In this document: piece by piece, positions 20,280-30,258 of the stretch
Layout of the letters: each line of letters begins with the position of its first letter
Position numbering within the stretch: the first letter of the stretch is position 1
Source of the DNA: Euryarchaeota archaeon UBA62
GTDB lineage: Archaea > Thermoplasmatota > Poseidoniia > Poseidoniales > Thalassarchaeaceae
Assembly (NCBI GenBank): GCA_002502095.1
Contig: DAPJ01000005.1
Location: 15,763-79,762, forward strand
Length of the DNA: 64,000 nt
Reading direction: 5' to 3'
Program-made: the position numbers and the translations under genes
The notes under the pieces: generated by a model
What the model saw: the letters and a program-made list of their open reading frames with translations, nothing else
The model's database searches: none
What the model was told of the DNA's origin: nothing

Positions 20280-22451
20280 CTATTCTCTGTCAAAGGAAAT
20301 AGCCTCTCTAGGAACGGCGGCCAATGGCGCCCCGTGAACCAGACCCGAAACTTCTAGTTCTATCAAAGACGGACTTCCACTAATTTCCAAACTTAGGAAT
20401 CTCTTGGTCTCTGGATCCAATGTATCTAGGAAAATCTCGTTATCTTCAAACATATGCTCCGGACTAACTTTCGTAATGGAGGCAGTTGAGCCCTCTGGAG
20501 AGCTGACGCTAAGAGCTGTTAATTCCCACTTATCTTGAAAGGTTCTGATACCAAGAATCAGAAAGCTACTCTCTGGAATTACCCAGCTACAAATCTCAAT
20601 TTGTTCAGTCATATGTCTCAGTGACGGCTTTCCTAAGTCATACAGGGCATCGTCCCAAGAACTGTCTCCCAACATACTCAGTGCCTTCACTATACCTTCA
20701 GTATCTCCCTCTAAATTTTCACCCTCAAGGGACAGCCTCTCTCTAAGTAGCTCGAGCTTCTTAATTCCATGGATTTCAAAACCAGTCCTAGTATTTCTTT
20801 TCTCCAAAAACATGGACCTATTCCACCACAAGACAACTGCTAGGGGAAGTAACATCAGACCACCTATTAGAACATAGAAATTAGTGAATAGGTGAGACAG
20901 GTCACGATATTCTCCCTCATCGGGAATATTCTCGCCCAGGTAGACCATGTAGAATTCATATTCCACATCTCCAACTATGGGAGAGAGGCCCTCCACTCTA
21001 ATGGCATGAATTCCAGGTGGGACACTGATTACCGTACCATTCGTGTAATTCAGAATTTGCCAGCTATCCTGACTTAGGGTTTGGATCTGATATGTCACTG
21101 GAGACTCGATATCGGACCTGATCATCACCATAGAGCCATTTGAATCAACTATCTCGAAAGGATGAATGTCTATCCTATCTCCAATCCCTAAATTACCTGA
21201 GTAAGGAGTGGTACTAGGCGAAAGTAAGTCCCAGAACTCCGAAGGCCCCGTCTCGAGCCACAATAAATCAGGAGCATCTCCAAGAAGAACTCCATCTCCA
21301 GATACAGGGGAAGCCACCTCAATCTCCCATTCTATTACTTGTTCAGACTTTATTCTGAACTCTACACCAGTGCTGGAAGGACCAGTCTCGATATTATGGG
21401 GGCATTGATCTGAATCATCAACAATCTTCTCTTTCTCACCGTCTAGCTCATGTAGAAGTATTTCCAAGGCCACTTCTCCCGTGAAATGACATAATATTGG
21501 AAGACTAATTTTTGCTCCTGTAGAAATCAGGAGTGAATCCCCAAGATGGTCATTAGAAGATATGTGCCCCCTGTAAAAATCATAAGTTATTGAATTACTA
21601 CTCAATTGAAAATCATACATCCACGGATTTCCAAGCTCTTCTCCTGCAGGGCCTTCTTTTTCATCATCGAACCTGACCAAGTCGAATCTGTAAGGAGAAA
21701 AGTCACTCTCGTCTGAATGTACAATCCGAACCCATAGCTCTGCGTCTTCTGGGTAGTCTAGATACACTGAACTTGATTCACTCGATGAAATTGAGCCTAT
21801 CAGAGTTTTAGAATCCGATCTACTCCAATACTCAATACTGATACTATCGGGACTATGTATGTTAGATATCTTGACAATATCTCCATCATCTCCTTCAATC
21901 AATATCGCATCGTCATCGGCAGAAGTATCGAGAATTCCAACGAAAGAAGCACCTTCTGATAGAATCTCACTCCGATTGCACCTGTTTAGTTGGCAATTAG
22001 ATGAAGCGGATATGGATGCCCATTCACCTTGCTGTCCCGGAGGTGGTACCAAGTCAGGAAGATCTGAATTCTCAATGATATCCGATTGCTCTCCAATGAT
22101 GGACCTCACAGCAAAGTTTTCGATGACTAGAGATGGGTTTGCAAGAAGCTCCCAAGATACCGAACCGTCGACAAAGCCACTCCATTCTACGAGATGAGTG
22201 TCCATAATCCGATATTGAGAGTCATTGGTCCACACAACTAGCTCCATATCCTGACATGTATCTAGCTCACATGAAAACTCTACCCAGAAAGGACCATCCA
22301 CATCAGAATTACCTTGGAAAAATACCTCTGACTCACCATCATCATTAGCACCTACAAGGCCCGAAACCATCAACATTAGTACAGCTACAATCGAACCAAG
22401 TCTCGCCGCGCCCATGATTACCGGAAACAGTCCTGCCTTAGAATCCTTCAA
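20280..22451 (-). CDS. Large type-I membrane/surface protein of 723 aa: signal peptide, ectodomain, one TM, and an ~190-aa cytoplasmic domain
   Basis: N-terminal AGLFPVIMGAARLGSIVAVLMLMVSGLVGA. TM FYVLIGGLMLLPLAVVLWW at about two-thirds of the length. Remaining C-terminal domain is hydrophilic. Confidence 0.6.
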   Translation of the reverse strand: MKDSKAGLFPVIMGAARLGSIVAVLMLMVSGLVGANDDGESEVFFQGNSDVDGPFWVEFSCELDTCQDMELVVWTNDSQYRIMDTHLVEWSGFVDGSVSWELLANPSLVIENFAVRSIIGEQSDIIENSDLPDLVPPPGQQGEWASISASSNCQLNRCNRSEILSEGASFVGILDTSADDDAILIEGDDGDIVKISNIHSPDSISIEYWSRSDSKTLIGSISSSESSSVYLDYPEDAELWVRIVHSDESDFSPYRFDLVRFDDEKEGPAGEELGNPWMYDFQLSSNSITYDFYRGHISSNDHLGDSLLISTGAKISLPILCHFTGEVALEILLHELDGEKEKIVDDSDQCPHNIETGPSSTGVEFRIKSEQVIEWEIEVASPVSGDGVLLGDAPDLLWLETGPSEFWDLLSPSTTPYSGNLGIGDRIDIHPFEIVDSNGSMVMIRSDIESPVTYQIQTLSQDSWQILNYTNGTVISVPPGIHAIRVEGLSPIVGDVEYEFYMVYLGENIPDEGEYRDLSHLFTNFYVLIGGLMLLPLAVVLWWNRSMFLEKRNTRTGFEIHGIKKLELLRERLSLEGENLEGDTEGIVKALSMLGDSSWDDALYDLGKPSLRHMTEQIEICSWVIPESSFLILGIRTFQDKWELTALSVSSPEGSTASITKVSPEHMFEDNEIFLDTLDPETKRFLSLEISGSPSLIELEVSGLVHGAPLAAVPREAISFDRE

Positions 22452-22475
22452 GCGAAATGTTCCCCTCGCAGGCGC

Positions 22476-24254
22476 ATGAGTGACAGGCCATTGTCTAGAG
22501 AAGTCACCTCAAGGAACCGTTTCTCTAGACTTTTTTCACTAGGGGATAGGAGAAATCCTGTCTCTTTGGCGCCAGGTTTGGTTCTATCTGAATTGGACCC
22601 GGAGATTAATCTGGAAATAGCCCCATTCATTTTCCGCAGGGAGTCAACTAAACTCCCCGCAAAACTAAATCTAAGCACTCGTGGAAACCTATGCTTCCCT
22701 TTCGACGGCGAAGATAATTGGGAAGCATCAGAAGGTCTAGTTCTGCCCTCGAGCCTATCGACATCCAATTCCGGAGAATTCGGTTATGGAAATCAATTTC
22801 TACCACTATCGTGGCAGTCTCTCCATCATGATATTTCCCTGCTAGGGTCAGAACTTCAGCCTTCTGTTATAGCGATTACAGATGCTCCTCAATTATCTAA
22901 CTCAAGTGGGAAATTAGTAGAGGCCTTGAATGTAGTCAGGAGGAGATTCCCCTCTTCGCTGATTTGGACTCCTGGAATTTCAGGTCCAGATAATTGTGCA
23001 CTTTTATCTTGGTTAGGAGTAGATCTATTCGACCTCTCAAGATCAAGAATAGCTAACGCGAACGGCCTCCTCCTTACCTCTGATGGACCACGATATGCAG
23101 AAATATCCCTTGGAGAGCACGTGAACATGGATACTCAAATAGATCATTGGAGGTATTCAATCGCATCACTTAGATCAGCAATTAGATCAGGAACTGTAAG
23201 GGAGTTGACTGAGAAGGCTAGTCTTTCGAGCCCAAGATCTGTTGAAAGGCTAAGAAGACACGATACGCTAATCAGGGCTGACAAAGGAAGCTCTACTCTG
23301 ACTGCAGTGGACACCAGTGGAAGAAAGCTGAGGTACAACTCTCCAGTAAGTAGACAAGATCCCTTGGTTAATGATTGGAGAAAGAGAGTCTCAAGCCTAC
23401 ATACTCCTCCTAGTCACCAAGAACAGTTACTGATTTTACTTCCTTGTTCGGCGACTAAGCCATACAGGCTTTCTCAAAGCCATCATCGCTTCCTTAGGAA
23501 TATTCCCAGCAATAGGGCGCATCAAATCATGGTTACTTCTCCTCTTGGGCTAGTTCCAAGAGAACTAGAGGATTTGTGGCCCGCAGCGCACTACGACATA
23601 CCAGTTACCGGCGACTGGGATGCAGACGAACTACAAACGATAAACTCAATGATTTCGGAGGTTTGCCAAAGGGTAGGTTACAGCGAGATAATTAATCATT
23701 CAGGAATGGATATCTCCATCGAGGGAATTGTATGCCATAATACGAGAAGAGGAACGGCGGGATCTAAGGAATCACTAAACGAATTAAGGAAATCTGTTTT
23801 GAAATCTATTGAGGGTATGAATCTGGCAGATAAATCAGAGAAGCAACATAGAATCGAGATAATGAAATCTAGATCCAGATTTATACACGGCACAGACTCT
23901 TGGCTTGAGGGAACTACAGTATCTGGTAGGTTGCCAATACTGAGTATTTCCAGAGATGGCGAGCAACTGGCGAGATGGAACCCACGAGATGGGAGATTCG
24001 CGTTCTCGAAGAGGTCACTCCCACTCCTCCACGATAGTGGATGCTTCCCCTCAGTCAGTATCTTGGAAAACCACGATTGGAAGGGGGACATTTTTCCAAC
24101 AAATCTGGAGTCAGTATCCGGTGAAATTAGATTGGGGGAAGAAATTATGGTTACTCAAGACGGGATACTGATAGGAAGTGCTAGAGCAGTAGCACCTGGT
24201 TGGGAATGGCCATCTGGCCCCGGTAGGCTTGCGAAGGCACGCCATAGATTGTGA
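22476..24254 (+). CDS. arcS: Archaeosine synthase (ArcS)-like protein with a C-terminal PUA-like domain
   Basis: Contains the ArcS signature PC-X3-KPY-X2-S-X2-H (LLPCSATKPYRLSQSHH). Size of 592 aa is typical of ArcS. C-terminal EIRLGEEIMVTQDGILIGSARAV is PUA-like. Confidence 0.65.
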   Translation: MSDRPLSREVTSRNRFSRLFSLGDRRNPVSLAPGLVLSELDPEINLEIAPFIFRRESTKLPAKLNLSTRGNLCFPFDGEDNWEASEGLVLPSSLSTSNSGEFGYGNQFLPLSWQSLHHDISLLGSELQPSVIAITDAPQLSNSSGKLVEALNVVRRRFPSSLIWTPGISGPDNCALLSWLGVDLFDLSRSRIANANGLLLTSDGPRYAEISLGEHVNMDTQIDHWRYSIASLRSAIRSGTVRELTEKASLSSPRSVERLRRHDTLIRADKGSSTLTAVDTSGRKLRYNSPVSRQDPLVNDWRKRVSSLHTPPSHQEQLLILLPCSATKPYRLSQSHHRFLRNIPSNRAHQIMVTSPLGLVPRELEDLWPAAHYDIPVTGDWDADELQTINSMISEVCQRVGYSEIINHSGMDISIEGIVCHNTRRGTAGSKESLNELRKSVLKSIEGMNLADKSEKQHRIEIMKSRSRFIHGTDSWLEGTTVSGRLPILSISRDGEQLARWNPRDGRFAFSKRSLPLLHDSGCFPSVSILENHDWKGDIFPTNLESVSGEIRLGEEIMVTQDGILIGSARAVAPGWEWPSGPGRLAKARHRL

Positions 24255-24323
24255 AAAATAAGCTACCGTATTTACGTAGTGGTTAAAGAGGAAGAGCAGG
24301 TCGCCGCCTTCGGAGATTCTGTT

Positions 24324-24779
24324 ATGTCACGCATGCACTCTGGTGGAAAAGGCTCCAGCGGGTCATCAAAGCCATTCGCAACTGAGGTCCCAAGTTGGTC
24401 GGAATCTGATAAGAAAGTCATCGAGTCCCACATTTTGGATCTTAACAAGGAGGGGCACTCAAATGCTATGATAGGTACAATCTTGAGAGATAGATTTGCA
24501 GTTCCCGATGTCCGTCTAGCAACAGGTGAGAGAATTTCTCAAATTCTCTTAAGAAATGGCATCTCTCCAAATTATCCAGAGGACATGATGAATCTGATGA
24601 GGAGGGCTCAGGGACTAATTGACCACCTTGGCAATAATCCCAAGGATAAGCATAACCGAAGGCAACTAGAGCTATGCGAATCCAAGATAAGGCGTCTAGC
24701 CAGCTACTACAAGGGCGTAAACAAGCTAGATGCAGATTGGCAGTATAAGAGGGATCAGTTGAGACTGATTGTAGAATAA
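24324..24779 (+). CDS. rps15: 30S ribosomal protein S15P/S13e
   Basis: MSRMHSGGKGSSGSSKPF... matches the characteristic archaeal S15P/eukaryotic S13 N-terminus. The track ORF starts 45 nt upstream at 24279; the internal Met is the likely start. Confidence 0.8.
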   Translation: MSRMHSGGKGSSGSSKPFATEVPSWSESDKKVIESHILDLNKEGHSNAMIGTILRDRFAVPDVRLATGERISQILLRNGISPNYPEDMMNLMRRAQGLIDHLGNNPKDKHNRRQLELCESKIRRLASYYKGVNKLDADWQYKRDQLRLIVE

Positions 24780-24818
24780 TCCTCATGGTACAAATCTCAC
24801 AAACTTGTTACGATAGTT

Positions 24819-25679
24819 ATGAGGGACCTCATTTCCACTGACTTATTCGCTGGTGTTGAAAAGACCATCACAACAGGCATATCGCAACTAATGGAACAAG
24901 GTCAAAGAATATCCATAATTTCAGATGCTAATCTTCTGGGGGCACTATCAATAGCGCCTCTCGAGGCCTCATTAATTGACTCTAATTTCCCATACAGGAG
25001 AAGAATCGGTAACATCGATTATACCATTCCTGGAAACTCAATTGTCATTCATAATTACGGTGATACAAAAGGTGTTTTATGGGACAATGAAAAAAAAATA
25101 TTATCGATAAGTGAAACACTGTCGCCCGCATTATCCGGACATCTGGGAGATGACAAGATAGGACCACTTACTACAGTCGCCATGTGTCACTCAATCGCTC
25201 AATTGATATCTCCTTCGGGAGTATTAGTTAGGAAAATTAGGCCATGGGCAATATCTGGTAATTGGATTCATGCTTGCATGGATATGACATATGATCCGGT
25301 CTATTCTTCCTTGAAGGAATTGCTGACTTTAGAGGGTAGCATAAGGGTGATCCCAATACCGGAAGTTCCTAGTCCGAATGTGGATAGTTTGGATTTCATA
25401 GATGGAAACTCGCTGATTGATATTTCAGATAGATGGGGCTCCATGGGTGAGGAAGGAAGGGCAAGATCGCTATCGCACCTCTGTAGAGGTGCTCTCGACT
25501 CTACATCTCCCTCTACATCGAGACTAGAGGAGATCGTATGGAACTGTATCCTAGCTTCTGGTTGGGAAGTCGATTTGGCTAGCCAAATAAGAGCCTCTTC
25601 AATGATCTGGAATAACAAGAATCCCAAGTTGGCCACATCTGAAGCAATAGATAGGCTTCTCAGGTCTGGCAGACTCTAG
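24819..25679 (+). CDS. Hypothetical protein
   Basis: 286-aa ORF with tight spacing to neighbours. No confident motif. Confidence 0.4.
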   Translation: MRDLISTDLFAGVEKTITTGISQLMEQGQRISIISDANLLGALSIAPLEASLIDSNFPYRRRIGNIDYTIPGNSIVIHNYGDTKGVLWDNEKKILSISETLSPALSGHLGDDKIGPLTTVAMCHSIAQLISPSGVLVRKIRPWAISGNWIHACMDMTYDPVYSSLKELLTLEGSIRVIPIPEVPSPNVDSLDFIDGNSLIDISDRWGSMGEEGRARSLSHLCRGALDSTSPSTSRLEEIVWNCILASGWEVDLASQIRASSMIWNNKNPKLATSEAIDRLLRSGRL

Positions 25680-27677
25680 TCACTCTTCTATTCTAATGAC
25701 ACTGTCACAACCACTACAGCTAATCCTTAGGGGACGAACATCTGATTCCACAGCAACGCTCATCCCACATGAGGGGCAACTAATTCGAGGATAGTTGGAG
25801 CCCCTGCTCTCATTACTCCTCAGTTTGGGAGATAGCAGAGAGATTGGTAGTACAAGCAGGAGGCTACATGCAACTACTCCAAGGACCATCTGCATCGGAA
25901 GCCCAAGAAAATAAATCCCAAAAGAAAGCACGCCAAGAGCTGTTACCGTAATCATGGTGGGGAATCTTGATCTATTCCTGGTCATAGTCATTCCCAAGCC
26001 TATGGACAAGCTCAGTACCAATACCATCATCCCGGATCCCAATAAAACACTGAATAGCCCATTTCCCGTCGGTACGAATTCCACTCTAAATGACTCTTCT
26101 ATATCTAAATCCGTACTCTCAACAGATAGGGTTTCAGATACGATCCACCTCCTATGAGAGTAGTCGATTCCACTCGCTGTAACAATTCCTATATCGGTGA
26201 GCATAGATCCCTGCAGAGTGGCATCAACCGAGATTTCTGTCCAGTATTCTTCAGCAGTAGACTTTGCGAAGGTTTCGATTAGTAGTTGTCTGTCTCCTTC
26301 CATAACCGAGTAAGAAGTAGAGATTTTTATCGTTATAGTTTCGGAACTGAAACCACTCGTCCCCCCTAGGTCGATCGATATCTCAGTTGGCCCCAATTCA
26401 ATAGGGTCAACACCAATTACCGACTCAGATTCTATGAATAGTCCATTTGAAAGAAATGATATCAAATCAGCGTTAGACCCTCTCAGATATCCTGTAAGTG
26501 CCATTAACTCGGAACTATCTACCATTTTGTTGTTAAAATCTGAGTCTGGTACGGAATCCGAGTACGAGTTTAGATTTCTCCACCAACTACTGGAGCCAAG
26601 ACTGGAGTTTCCAATATTGTCTAGGCCCCATCTCATCCACTGTGACATAGAGCCATCAAACTCTAGCGAGACCTTCTTTCTAACCTCGCTTCCATCCCAA
26701 TCCGCGTCTATTGAAACTAATATCGCTGACCCGCCCGTTCTAAGGGGCTCACTCGCAGGATACCAGGATCCACCTCCTCCATCGTCATCTCCGGCTTCTA
26801 TGAAATGAGACATGTTGGCACTGATCTGTAATCCATTCTGGGGCTCCAAAATGAATTCAGCTAAGAAAGACCCACTATCTACTCCTGCAGGCAAACTCCA
26901 TACGAATGTTACTTCGACGCCCCGTTCTACTAGTGTGGCAACTGGCTTATCTGTTACCGCAACATTCTGAACCTCAAAAGTACCTAAAGAAGATGACCAC
27001 ATCCTGTCGTCAAATCCAGAAGATAGAAGGATGGGGAAATACACAAGGTTTCCACTTACGCTAGCCTCCTTCATTTCAATCTCCACCAGCGGGAGCTTAA
27101 CCGATATACTGGACGCTTTATCATCGCTACCCCAATGAAAAATTACGCCTGAGTCATCCCCTGGTTGATTGAACCCCAATAACTGAACGATAAGGCTCAC
27201 TTCTACCTCGTCATCCTCTCGAACATCCCCCGATTCCACACTGATTACAGATTGAACGTCTCCTTCGCCGGTAAGATAAGGCTCGATTCCAGAGGTTCCT
27301 CCCTCATAGAAAGACCCACCAATCCTGACCTCAACTGTTATGTTGATATTAACCCCGACCGCACCTTGGACTTCATAATGGATATTGAACTCCCAGTCTC
27401 CAGCGGGATATTCCCCATCAATCCCCCAATCAACTCCCCAAGTTCCAACCTCAACAGGTTGTAGAACTTGGTTCACTAGCTTGGAATCTCCTTCATTGGT
27501 TTCCGACTCAAATGGTGTAAGAATGCCAGAATCTGGGTCTCCTTTCAAAAACAACTCAAAATTTTCTCCTGAGCAACAGCTTCCCTCTTGTGCTGAGACG
27601 TTGATAACCGGTCCCAAAACGGTCAACAAAAAAACCAATACAATAGAGGCTGGGACAAACCTACTGCGTACGCCCAT
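25680..27677 (-). CDS. Surface protein of 665 aa with signal peptide, large ectodomain, about 3 C-terminal TM helices and a cytoplasmic C-terminal zinc ribbon
   Basis: N-terminal RFVPASIVLVFLLTVLGPVINVSA. C-terminal hydrophobic helices. Final CPSCGMSVAVESDVRPLRISCSGCDSVIRIEE. Confidence 0.6.
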   Translation of the reverse strand: MGVRSRFVPASIVLVFLLTVLGPVINVSAQEGSCCSGENFELFLKGDPDSGILTPFESETNEGDSKLVNQVLQPVEVGTWGVDWGIDGEYPAGDWEFNIHYEVQGAVGVNINITVEVRIGGSFYEGGTSGIEPYLTGEGDVQSVISVESGDVREDDEVEVSLIVQLLGFNQPGDDSGVIFHWGSDDKASSISVKLPLVEIEMKEASVSGNLVYFPILLSSGFDDRMWSSSLGTFEVQNVAVTDKPVATLVERGVEVTFVWSLPAGVDSGSFLAEFILEPQNGLQISANMSHFIEAGDDDGGGGSWYPASEPLRTGGSAILVSIDADWDGSEVRKKVSLEFDGSMSQWMRWGLDNIGNSSLGSSSWWRNLNSYSDSVPDSDFNNKMVDSSELMALTGYLRGSNADLISFLSNGLFIESESVIGVDPIELGPTEISIDLGGTSGFSSETITIKISTSYSVMEGDRQLLIETFAKSTAEEYWTEISVDATLQGSMLTDIGIVTASGIDYSHRRWIVSETLSVESTDLDIEESFRVEFVPTGNGLFSVLLGSGMMVLVLSLSIGLGMTMTRNRSRFPTMITVTALGVLSFGIYFLGLPMQMVLGVVACSLLLVLPISLLSPKLRSNESRGSNYPRISCPSCGMSVAVESDVRPLRISCSGCDSVIRIEE

Positions 27678-27755
27678 GATGTCGACATCACGTTGAACAT
27701 CTTGAACTCAACCCTTCTGAGGGCGAAACAAAGTCAATTTTGACCGAACCCAAGG

Positions 27756-29483
27756 CTACCCGTGTAGCCATATCAACGAGACTCCATTAGTTTCTGAAAT
27801 TTCTTCGACCATAGCGAAACCCATCCTCTCAAGCTGAAGACATTGACCAGTGAAAATTTCAATATTTTCGATTACTCCCTCGGCGTAATCAATTTCACTG
27901 TCGCGGGGGACTATCATTCTGGCTTCTGTAGAGTTCTTTGAAGAAACCCAATGGATAATTGGTAGGTTGCCACTTTTTTCCTTAGACACAATAAACGCAC
28001 TATCTCCCTTTATGTCAACATCTGCAAAGTCTTTCAGCCTCACCAATCCCTCTGAATAGTCATTTCCAGAAATAAATATCGATCCAGTGCCCAGGTCCCA
28101 CTCTCTAACTCCCATGTCCGGAATATCTGGATGCCTTCTGATTGAAATCAGCCCCATATCATCTGTGTTTCCGTCTCCTACCAGTTGCAACTCTCTTGGG
28201 ATCTCGATAAATGACCTCCTTTCTGAGTATCTATCAATGATCTTCGAATTCTTAGACTCTATACTTTCCATTGGTATTGAAATATCCTTCTGGGTCAAAC
28301 CTAACTCTATCCAGAACTCTCTCAGCGCCTGAGGGGAGAATCCCCTTCTCCTTAGCGCGGATACAGTAGGTAATCGAGGATCATCCCAACCAGAGAAATC
28401 TCCGTCTTCTATGGATCTCCTGATTGATGAAGTAGAGAACCCGCCAAAACCTAGTAACTTTACCCTTCCCCAGTACAATGTTTCGGGATAATCCCAGCCA
28501 AGGAGTTCGTACAGGAGTGTCTGCTTTCTGGTACTGTCCATTAGGTCCTTTCCCCTAACAATGTGAGTGACTCCTTGTAGGTGATCTTCTACAGCACTCT
28601 GGAAATCTAATAATGGCCAAACCTTGTATCTATCTCCTACTATTGGATGAGTATTATGCTGAATTCGTAATGCAGGCCAGTCCCTTAGTGCAGGATTGGG
28701 AAGCTCAAGATTAGTCTTCACTCTAACTACGGCACCGCCTTCATCAATATCTCCGGAAAGCATAAGTTTCCATTCCTGAATGCTATCTTCAGCCTTCTTC
28801 CCTCTACATTTACAGGCCTCCTTTGAATCTCGAAGCTCTTTGAATTCTGAAGCCGAACACCTGCAGACGTAACAGATACCCTGTGAAATCATCTCCTCAG
28901 CGGATTCTAGATAGGTATCCATTCTAGAACTAGCCCTTATGACTAAATCCGGTTTCGTCCCTGAAATCCATTCAAACTCTTCCTCGATCATTGAATATGC
29001 AGATTCTAACGGTGGCTTAACCTTTGTATCTGTATCATCAAATCGAAGTATGACCTTGCCGGAATACTTTTTCGCAAATTCTGAGTTAATTACAACTCCT
29101 CTTGAATGACCTATGGATAATGGCCCATTGGGGTTTGGGGCAAACCTCAAAATTACCTTTTTTCCGTTCTTGACCTCTAAATCCGGAAGTCCGACCCTCT
29201 TCTTCTGTTTTTCACGGTTTAGAGCTTCTGGATTAGTATCCTCGAGAATCTCCCTAACATGATCTAAGCCGTTATTATTGGCTAACATATTTGCTTCATC
29301 AACCTGCTTGGAAATAATGGGAACAAGCTCTTTGGCATTGCCCCTCAACTCAGGAAATTCTGAAAGTAGTCTTCCCAGTACACTACCAGATTTGCCAGAT
29401 CCATTGTATTCTACTGCGTTCTGTAAAGCATACTTGCGTACAGCAGAGAATATCCCTGGGCCCCACTCATCTTCATCTGCCAC
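27756..29483 (-). CDS. gltX: Glutamyl-tRNA synthetase, archaeal type
   Basis: Class-I aaRS signature PNPNGPLSIGHSRG (HIGH-like). ILRFDDTD motif typical of Glx-tRNA synthetases. Length of 575 aa fits archaeal GluRS. Confidence 0.8.
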   Translation of the reverse strand: MADEDEWGPGIFSAVRKYALQNAVEYNGSGKSGSVLGRLLSEFPELRGNAKELVPIISKQVDEANMLANNNGLDHVREILEDTNPEALNREKQKKRVGLPDLEVKNGKKVILRFAPNPNGPLSIGHSRGVVINSEFAKKYSGKVILRFDDTDTKVKPPLESAYSMIEEEFEWISGTKPDLVIRASSRMDTYLESAEEMISQGICYVCRCSASEFKELRDSKEACKCRGKKAEDSIQEWKLMLSGDIDEGGAVVRVKTNLELPNPALRDWPALRIQHNTHPIVGDRYKVWPLLDFQSAVEDHLQGVTHIVRGKDLMDSTRKQTLLYELLGWDYPETLYWGRVKLLGFGGFSTSSIRRSIEDGDFSGWDDPRLPTVSALRRRGFSPQALREFWIELGLTQKDISIPMESIESKNSKIIDRYSERRSFIEIPRELQLVGDGNTDDMGLISIRRHPDIPDMGVREWDLGTGSIFISGNDYSEGLVRLKDFADVDIKGDSAFIVSKEKSGNLPIIHWVSSKNSTEARMIVPRDSEIDYAEGVIENIEIFTGQCLQLERMGFAMVEEISETNGVSLIWLHG

Positions 29484-29505
29484 ATACTAACGCCATCAGC
29501 CATCC

Positions 29506-30258
29506 CTATTTGTGATTGCCCTCTATCCAATGCTGAATATTAGTTTGAGAAGAAATCCCTTTATTTTCATATCTAGTAGGTACAGACGTACCATGCATTT
29601 CCTGCCAAGCTCTTCTCACAGTAGACCATGTCCATCTCAGGCATTCATGAGGATTTTTTCCAGAAATCAACTCATTTATTGAGGATCTAGTTTTTGGATC
29701 TGAGGGATATCCAGAACCTAAATCAACACCTATCTCACTGGATAATTTTTGCATGGCATTATCCCTAGTCACCTTTGCCACTATGCTGGACGCGGCAACC
29801 AATGAATTAGATGAGTCCATCGAGTGCTCAGATATTATCCTCCAGTCGCTCCACGAAGGCCCCAATTTTGATTTTACGTTGTTACCGAATCTTTCCTGAT
29901 CTACATCACACGCATCTAAAAAAATACTTCCAGACTCACCATTGTCATTGGAATTTTTTATCGCTTCAGAAAATAGAGTAACTTCGAGCTCATTCAGATT
30001 AGAAACAGAACTATTATGATCTATCCTGAAAGGTTCACACTCAACAATCCCTATGTTCCAATTCCTCTCAATTGCCTCCACATGAATTAGTTTGTAGATT
30101 GCCTCTCTCCTACTCTTGGAAAGAGTCTTGGAGTCTCTGGCCCCAATTTCTCTCAAAATGTGGTAATCATTTGAAGGAATGGATATCGCACATACTATCA
30201 GAGGTCCAATTACTGGCCCCCTTCCAGCTTCATCGACACCTATGGAGTACTCGCTCAT
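29506..30258 (-). CDS. rnhB: Ribonuclease HII
   Basis: IGVDEAGRGPVIGPLIV, the canonical RNase HII N-terminal active-site motif. 250 aa. Confidence 0.9.
   Translation of the reverse strand: MSEYSIGVDEAGRGPVIGPLIVCAISIPSNDYHILREIGARDSKTLSKSRREAIYKLIHVEAIERNWNIGIVECEPFRIDHNSSVSNLNELEVTLFSEAIKNSNDNGESGSIFLDACDVDQERFGNNVKSKLGPSWSDWRIISEHSMDSSNSLVAASSIVAKVTRDNAMQKLSSEIGVDLGSGYPSDPKTRSSINELISGKNPHECLRWTWSTVRRAWQEMHGTSVPTRYENKGISSQTNIQHWIEGNHK

Noticed and set aside
24819-25679. DHH/RecJ-like assignment for the gene after S15 (by neighbourhood analogy)
   Set aside because: No DHH or DHHA1 motifs are visible, so it is left as hypothetical.
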